Assembly (NCBI GenBank): GCA_002633005.1
Contig: NMRA01000212.1
Coordinates: 622,477 to 686,476 of the forward strand
Direction of reading: 5' to 3'
From: Phoronis australis
Lineage: Eukaryota; Animalia; Phoronida
Length of the DNA stretch: 64,000 nucleotides
In this document: one piece after another, positions 56,949-64,000 of the stretch
Numbering within the stretch: position 1 is the first letter of the stretch
Layout: the number at the start of each line of letters is the position of its first letter
Made by a program: the position numbers and the translations under genes
Notes under the pieces: model-generated
What the model was told of the DNA's origin: nothing
Databases searched by the model: none
What the model saw: only the letters and a program-made list of their open reading frames with translations

Positions 56949-59248
56949 TTGTAGCAATGTGCTGAGAATGCTGTCATGTTAAGACTGTTATTGGCTGAAT
57001 ATGGGAAGGCCTGCACAACATGTGTCTCATTCGTCATCTGACGTGTTGAATTTCAAAGGTTTATTAGGTAACAGACTATTGTCATTCCATTCTGGATGAT
57101 GAAGTTGTGTCGTGTAATCCAGGCAATACTGTAGAAATTTTGTTTAAGTGGATGAAATTCACATTCATTAGTCCAGGCGTTGTAAAACGACATATCCAGC
57201 GTTAACACACTCGATCAAATATATCTCCTGTGTAATGTCCCTGTGTACAAAACTGTCAGGAAAGCTAGGCCGTAGCACGTTATGCAAGGTAATCACTAGT
57301 GAAAGCTTGTAGATCACACGTTTTGCTTGCACTGTGCAGTGATCTTGCAGACTCGCATAGTTTTGACAAACTTACGGTTCATCCCCTAGTGTTGTGAAGG
57401 TACATTTCGTCACTAAATTGTGGTAGTTCATTGTGTATGCAATTTCCTGCTTGTGATTGACGTTTGTTTCTGACAACCATGTTCCATGCTCTGCTTCCGT
57501 AGAGTCCCGAGGTTAAAGAGTAGAGGTTTCTTGAATGTTCAGTACATATTTCTTGGCAGTTCATTTTGACATAATGTTAGTTTAGAGAATTGATTACATC
57601 ATCAAAAATATTCAACTTGTCAAATCTGTAATTCACTAAGGAAATGGTTTAGAATTGTGTTTCGATTTTAGTAAACTTTGTGACAAAAATAATTTGGCGC
57701 TTTAGTTACTCAATGGGCTAAATAAATTTTTTGATACCTTATTCATAGATTATTTATGTTTGAAGGGCAAGGTTTTGTATTATTTTCTCTAATTTTACCC
57801 CCAGAATTATTTGAGAATGTTAACTATCCCATGAATAAATTAATTGTATCGTCTTTTTTCAGTTTTGTTTTAAAGATATGTGACAGGTTAATCAAATCAC
57901 AACAACCTTTGGTTAAAGATGAGGACTTGCAAATGCCGGCAAATCATTAAACAAGACATTGTTTTGAAATCTTTAAGTCACATGAAGTGAAAAAATGATG
58001 ATACAAGTGACACCACCTTTACATTCTTTTAATAACTAACACAGAATTCATCATCTTTCCTTTTATTAAAAACGACTCAAGATAAAACTCTTGATAGGCA
58101 AAGTCAAGCAAAGCATTGACTAGTTTTATTGTTAGCATTCTCTTTAAAGGATATCTCCACAATATACACCACTCTAAAACAAATTATAAACCACGCTACT
58201 TGGCTGCATAAAGAATATTCAGACAACCCTATACACACCATGATTTTCCAACTCCAAATGGACCAGTTGAAACGGGCAAATAAAAAGGTCAAAATGGCAC
58301 CAGTTTTGCCAGGGTGGTAAAGCTTCGTAATAATCGCAGTAGAGGTCCTAACTCATTCTGAAGGTAAAAAACAATGGCTATCACATTGAGGCCTTTCTTG
58401 CAGAGGAAGTGACCAGTCGTGATTAGTATGCTGTCATTTTGACGTTTTAGACCCAATCGAATAAAATTCAAAGGCCCAAAATAATAACTATGTACTAACT
58501 TCTTACATGGTGCTTGAAAGTACTAGAAAATTATTACCAGACTGGTCCTGGTCAACCTTGATTGCTCTGAACTCCTGTGAGAGCATACAATGGGTGCAAC
58601 CACCTTCAGTGCAAATGAATAAATTTAAACAATTGTGCAAATTTTAGGAACTAAGATGTGAATATTCCAAGACCTGTGAAAATACTGCTAATGTGATGTT
58701 ACAATTTCTGGGTTGAAACTGTGTCGAAATAAAGCGAGGCATGTCATCACTAATCATCCATATTCACTTTTGGACAACAAGTACATAAGCAACTTTCATA
58801 CCAAGTTGTACAGGAGTGTAAATTGAACCTTACTGAGTGGCTTCAGCGGTTAACAGGCATCGAAGTTATTAGTTTTAGATGATCTGGTTATCAAAACAAA
58901 GTCGTAAGAAGATGGAGATGCTTTACAATATGCATATTATTTTCTTTAATTATGAAGAATCATGATGTTCAGATAATAAATGAAATGAAGTGCTCATACT
59001 CATGTCAGGTAGAATGGTAAATATTTGAATCAATGTAATCTAATAATAGCACAATGCATGCCCTTATTGACATTATCACCTGCCAATACGTTTAAGAACA
59101 TCCAAAGTTAACACAAATCGAAGCACCAACACTCCACTGTGAGTCCACTTATTTATAGCAAATTTAATTTACAAATGAAACTTCCATCCAAGACCCATCT
59201 TAACCTTTCACACTGGTTGACACTCCACAAAACATTGATGTGTCAACG

Positions 59249-59254
59249 TTTATT
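59249..59254 (-). promoter_or_regulatory. Polyadenylation signal of the UQCC3-like/DUF4748-like transcript
   Basis: TTTATT on plus (AATAAA on minus), about 165 nt downstream of the second ORF stop. No AATAAA or ATTAAA occurs between the two ORFs. Confidence 0.5.
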
Positions 59255-59416
59255 TAAAAGCTACAAAAGACTTCAAAATGTCAAGACAATCCAAAGTTTA
59301 TCACCTACTTAAAGGAAAAATGCCACTAAAGAGCAATTACTGTTCGAATGTTAGATACTAAAAATGTCAATATGACATTGATGCATCACAAAACCTCACT
59401 TGATTATCTTGACAAT

Positions 59417-59629
59417 CTACTTTGTTTCATTTTCATGACAAATTTCCTCCTGGTCAGCCATGTTGGCCTGCTTGATCCTCTGCTTGCTTCTCATAATATT
59501 ACTTCGTTGTGAATGCACAACATCACGCACCCAGAAGAATGACGCCAGACCTCCAGTGAACAGTAAAGCCCACGCTATATTAATCTTGCCTATTGGCCCA
59601 AATTGGAGTGACTTCCTTAGTGTTGGCAT
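59417..59629 (-). CDS. 70-aa single-TM microprotein, DUF4748-like (downstream cistron)
   Basis: ATG at 59629 in ACCATG context; MPTLRKSLQFGPIGKINIAWALLFTGGLASFFWVRDVVHSQRSNIMRSKQRIKQANMADQEEICHENETK*. It has a basic N-terminus, a W-x5-GG-x2-F TM segment and a basic amphipathic R-x3-M-R-x-K-x-R tail, resembling DUF4748 proteins from memory. AATAAA lies on minus at 59254-59249. Confidence 0.7.
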   Translation of the reverse strand: MPTLRKSLQFGPIGKINIAWALLFTGGLASFFWVRDVVHSQRSNIMRSKQRIKQANMADQEEICHENETK

Positions 59630-59700
59630 GGTAACCACTCAACAGATGCTTCCTCAGGTTTCCTTTTCTTTGTTTTTTGTACTGTTTTGTGTCAGTTACT

Positions 59701-61110
59701 TCAATCTGCACTCTTCGGAAGTCCCGCTGATTTTCTCATGTGTTCTACAACACTGCGCTTGTAATTAGCTGAACCAGGAGATGAACTGCTCTGTCTCTGT
59801 GTCCCAGTGTCTATGCGGTATGACTTTTGCCTCGCCAAGTTCTACAACAAGACACAATACTTATACATGTAATTAGTACTTAAACTCTTATTCAATAATT
59901 TGGGTCAAGTTAAAATCGCCAACTTTAACTCCTTCCAAAGAAGCATTAAATGGTTCTAACCAAAAACTTAAAAACAGCAAGTAAGGAAACTCAAGACAAC
60001 TTCCATTCTAAAATGTGTAACTCATGGGAAATAGCCCCACCTGTTAGCAATGGTGGTACATTCATAAAGTTCACTGACTTTTGAAACGGAAAGTGCGAGG
60101 TCACGCTTGATGACACCAACATTTGGGTATAAGTCTGAACTTGAAGTCTCGAGCATGCAAGCACTCATCTAGAGTGAACTTGAACAAGAAATTCATCTGC
60201 ATAAGAAATGGCCCACATAATCGTACAGAAAAAGCAATTTGGAGATCGAGTTCAGATATTAGACCCCATCAACATGCCAGGTACTGCTGAACAAGGTAGA
60301 AACTATGAGATTAGTGGACATACATTAAAACCCTGTAATTGGTTTACATTTTAATATAAAATATAAAAACAAAATGATTGCAGGCAGTCTTGACATGTTG
60401 TAACAGACGTGCACAGGCCATGTATGTGGGCCCGCACTGATCACCTGGAACCATTTTTATGTTTTATTAATATATATAATTAGAACCGAGCTGAGGAGCT
60501 AGAAACCCGACACAGCGGGTTTAGCAGTGTGACCTAGTGGGACTTGAACCCACGTACAACCTCGAGTAAAGAAAGCGGGCACAGGGACACTGCCATGGGC
60601 CACACTACCTCCTCTTACATTTTAATAGATAAAAATAAAGTATACTAAGTAATACGAATGGAAACAGTTACCTGTTAATAAGACTAAGAGATTGGATATA
60701 AATATACATTACCAAGATTCAAGATTGTAATTCTTTTACTTTCAGTGTTTTGCCCTAAATATGCAAATTATAGGTCAGCTAGCCAAAAAGGCACTAGTCG
60801 GATATAATGGACACTATATAGGCTTCCAGCTTACCAACTGAACTGCACAGAGAGTCAGACTCAAAGACTAAGACGGAGGGTCCTAGTTAGTAGTTGTGTA
60901 ACGCACGATTGCAGGAACGTGTGCGTTGTGACCTAGGTGTTCAGTAAGTGCGAAAGGGCAGATCGTAAGATTTTTTAACGACTTAAAACTTACTTTTTCT
61001 AAATCCTCTCTATTTTTCTGAGTAGGGGTAACGGCAGAAGCTAACAAGTACACAAATGCTGATCCAAAACCCCCGTAAAGTAAAATTTTCAGAGCAGCCC
61101 CAGAGGACAT
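59701..61110 (-). CDS. UQCC3: UQCC3/Cbp4-like complex III assembly microprotein, 85 aa, two exons (upstream cistron)
   Basis: Exon 1 is 61110-60994 (MSSGAALKILLYGGFGSAFVYLLASAVTPTQKNREDLEK) with a consensus GTAAGT donor. Exon 2 is 59841-59701 after a TCTTGTTGTAG acceptor (NLARQKSYRIDTGTQRQSSSSPGSANYKRSVVEHMRKSAGLPKSAD*). The N-terminal TM ending Y-x-L-x3-VTP followed by a charged helix matches remembered human UQCC3 (GAGVGYALLVIVTPGERRKQEMLK). Confidence 0.75.
60528..60605 (-). mobile_element. Degenerate tRNA-derived SINE remnant in the UQCC3-like intron
   Basis: Minus strand carries a T-arm/B box GTGGGTTCAAGTCCCAC. Confidence 0.4.
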
Positions 61111-61648
61111 GGCTAAAGTGACATCTAGTGGCTAAAAGGTAACTTGGTCGGTTGTGGGGTTTTCACGAAAGACGTCGCTCTAGTCGAATAGAGGCCGTTA
61201 ACGTATTTGTGCCTTGGTGGTAAAGATTTTATAGTATCTTTGTTGGTGGACAAGTGAGATTCACAAAAGCGCTAAAAATTGCCATCTGTAGTTGACGCTA
61301 TTCTTTGCGTCTACTCACTCGAACTTAGACATTCAACATGCCCCTGTTAAAAGAAAAATCTAAAAAAGGACTCAGGTGTCCTACATTGGCGAGCAGCACC
61401 CCAGAAAGTTATAAATTTGAAGGGCGCGCAGCCGCGTAGGAGATTTCTGGGAAATCCTGAAACAGAGAAACTTTGTGGTTAGTAGGCCTATCATAAGGCA
61501 ATTAATCAAGCATTGTTTTGATTCTAAATGCAAACTGAAAAGGCGACCCAAAGACTTTTTAAAAACTTTTCTTTCGAACACGTAGAAAATTCACAGAAAA
61601 TAACTTGACGATTGGTGTTCTCATTAGGCCTGTTGAAGATGTCAAACG

Positions 61649-61823
61649 NNNNNNNNNNNNNNNNNNNNNNNNNNNNNNNNNNNNNNNNNNNNNNNNNNNN
61701 NNNNNNNNNNNNNNNNNNNNNNNNNNNNNNNNNNNNNNNNNNNNNNNNNNNNNNNNNNNNNNNNNNNNNNNNNNNNNNNNNNNNNNNNNNNNNNNNNNNN
61801 NNNNNNNNNNNNNNNNNNNNNNN
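61649..61823. other. Assembly gap (175 N)
   Basis: Run of n. Confidence 1.
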
Positions 61824-64000
61824 CCCCCCACCCCCTTATAGATCCGACACTGCTTCATCAAATCTCATCCTACTTACTGCTCGTTTTCATGGTATTGTTA
61901 TGGCATCCAAAATGCTAAGAAACTTGAGATGATATTCTTCAGGGCGTTACGCTTCGCATTCATTGGCCACAAGTAAAGAAAAATCAATTCCCCATCATTT
62001 TTGCTCGTCTGGGGTAAATTATGACAGTAAGAGTCTAGAGTACATGAACAATAAATTTTGCTTTATTAAGTAGTCTGAAAGAAGGGCCGGCCGAATTACG
62101 TACTACAAAATAGAGAGCTTATGTTACAACAGTTGGATTTTCCTTTTTGAAAAGATGAACACTTAAAAACCTAGTGCCGCACCACAATTCTATTCCCCCA
62201 GACACCCAGAAAACAATTGTGACGGGACGTTAGTAACTTTACGCTTATATTGTTATTCTTATTTAGTTGCAGATGTTCAGTTATTTTTATTCTAATGTCT
62301 TTCTTGCGTCTCAATGCGCCTTTGTTACGTGGGCATGCGGGCGCGACTGTATGTGTCGGGCACTTCGCGAGCGACAGGCTTAGGAGAAGGGTGTTTCCTT
62401 CCTTTAGCTACATGAAATTGATCGTGACATGTGTAACTGAACTGAAACGTATGCCTGATGAGGTGAAATACACATTTTTGATGTTCAGTGGAGACTTGCT
62501 CTGTTACACAAATACCACAACCAGCTATCTTATTTGCGCACCTTTAGACCCATTGGCGATATCCGAAATAATGACTTTTTCGCGGCCTCTTTTTTACCCA
62601 AGTAGTTCGCATATTGGCGCATGCGCCTAGGTTTCACAATTGGCCTACACACAGTTACCCACAGACGCCCAAGAGCCTAATGTCACGGTAACAAGGTTTG
62701 CAAACGCGACCCAGTCTCTCAATAACTTTTTACACTCGCAGGTGGTGTGAGCCGGTCTGACGGGATTAACTGAACTGATTTGAGCTCTCTCTAACATGCA
62801 ATATGAACTCGATCGAGGTTTAAATGTATCAGTTTCATGCACGAATATCTCCTACTTCATTACTAACATTAGCAATTTTCAGTGCATCATTTGTCGTGTC
62901 AAATATTGTTTGAGACTTGACACTGACAAGTTTTCTTTTCAAAGGGTAAAAGCCGTGGACGACGCTAGGAAGCTGAGTTTTTGATCTGTTTTTAAGTCAA
63001 AGTACGTCTGTTGTTAAGGATGCTTCACGAACGATGAAAAACTGGGAAGATAACATTTTCCCCACATTTTTCATGTGTGCACCAAGTTACATACGGAAAA
63101 TGATAACGAAAGAGACCCATACCAGCTTTTAATTGTACCGTGTTTGCAAGATACGTTCCCGAATTCGAACTTTCTTGGAGGGGGCTGCATCAGAAATCTT
63201 CAGTAAGGACCGCCATTATATATGTGCAGCCAAGTGTTCGCTACAATTTCACCTTCAATGAATCACAATTCTACTCAACAAACATGCCATAACACTGCCA
63301 CACGTTTACTACGCATACGTAATCTGAGTACAAAGTGACCACTCGTGTAGGTTTGGACCCAATGGCTACTTCATGGCAGGGGTCAGAGACTATAGTGCAT
63401 GGCACTGTGTCACAATAAATATTGATTAAGTAATTATCACAGATAGATTTATTTTAAGTTTCCCAAAATTTGTGCATATGTACTTTTAAATAATGGGATC
63501 AAACTTGTTGACATGTATTTTAACGTCAAAATCTATTTTTAGATGGTGTTTACTACTTTGGTTCTGGGGTCAAAGCACTCTAGAGATTATAGAAATTTCT
63601 GAGAGCAAATCGTAAGTCAATGATATGATTAGATAAGATCATGTGGTTTTTATCGCTAAATAAGTACATTATTATAATTTGGGCTGAAATTAAGAGGATA
63701 TTCAGATGAGCTATAGTAGTTGAAACTGAAAGACTTGCTGCAGTGTACAGAGGAAATTGTACAACAGAGCCATCTCGTGGAAGATTTTAAAAAGGGTCTT
63801 CTTAAAAATCATGATTCTATTTTTGGAGTGCGGGGATTCCTCGACTCTCTTTTATAAGGAAGATACAAAAGACAAAAGCGCTTGGCTTCCAAAATTCGAT
63901 CACCTGCACTTAAAGATTTATTTGTGCAATTGAATGTAGTGATGAAAATATGAGCATTTGTCAGTGTCTCCAAAGAAAAAGAGGGTGAAGTATTTCAAAA

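Noticed and set aside
59460-59768. 102-aa hydrophobic ORF on the plus strand
   Set aside because: Antisense shadow of the two minus-strand ORFs, with no splice or family support.
59417-59841. Stop-codon readthrough or selenocysteine fusion of the two microproteins
   Set aside because: The 71-nt spacer puts ORF2 out of frame with ORF1, a further stop follows soon in the ORF1 frame, and no SECIS was recognised.
61559-61932. ORFs spanning the N gap
   Set aside because: Artefacts of unknown bases.
62250-64000. Possible further gene at the window end
   Set aside because: The ORFs have no recognisable family motifs and no consistent exon chain could be built.

Overview
Intron-rich, AT-rich animal (invertebrate-like) genomic DNA from a draft assembly that appears heterozygous. 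I reconstructed four loci by hand from GT-AG junctions and reading phase. (1) A complete 26-exon ALK/LTK-family receptor tyrosine kinase on + (2892-33090, about 1248 aa: signal peptide, MAM, LDLa, MAM, glycine-rich, EGF, TM, kinase). (2) MGME1 mitochondrial exonuclease on - (36231-41317, first exon unresolved). (3) SNX5/6 sorting nexin on + (about 44047-56948), head-to-head with MGME1 as in human. (4) A compact minus-strand locus (59417-61110) that appears to be one bicistronic transcript encoding two single-TM microproteins: a UQCC3/Cbp4-like complex III assembly factor (85 aa, two exons) and, 71 nt later in the same exon, a 70-aa DUF4748-like protein. Locus 4 is the best candidate for an undescribed system. 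The rest is MITEs, tRNA-derived SINEs, LINE and Penelope remnants (one with a hammerhead-like motif), micro- and minisatellites, three haplotype-overlap duplications at single-N joins, and one 175-nt N gap. Family assignments come from remembered protein motifs, not database searches.
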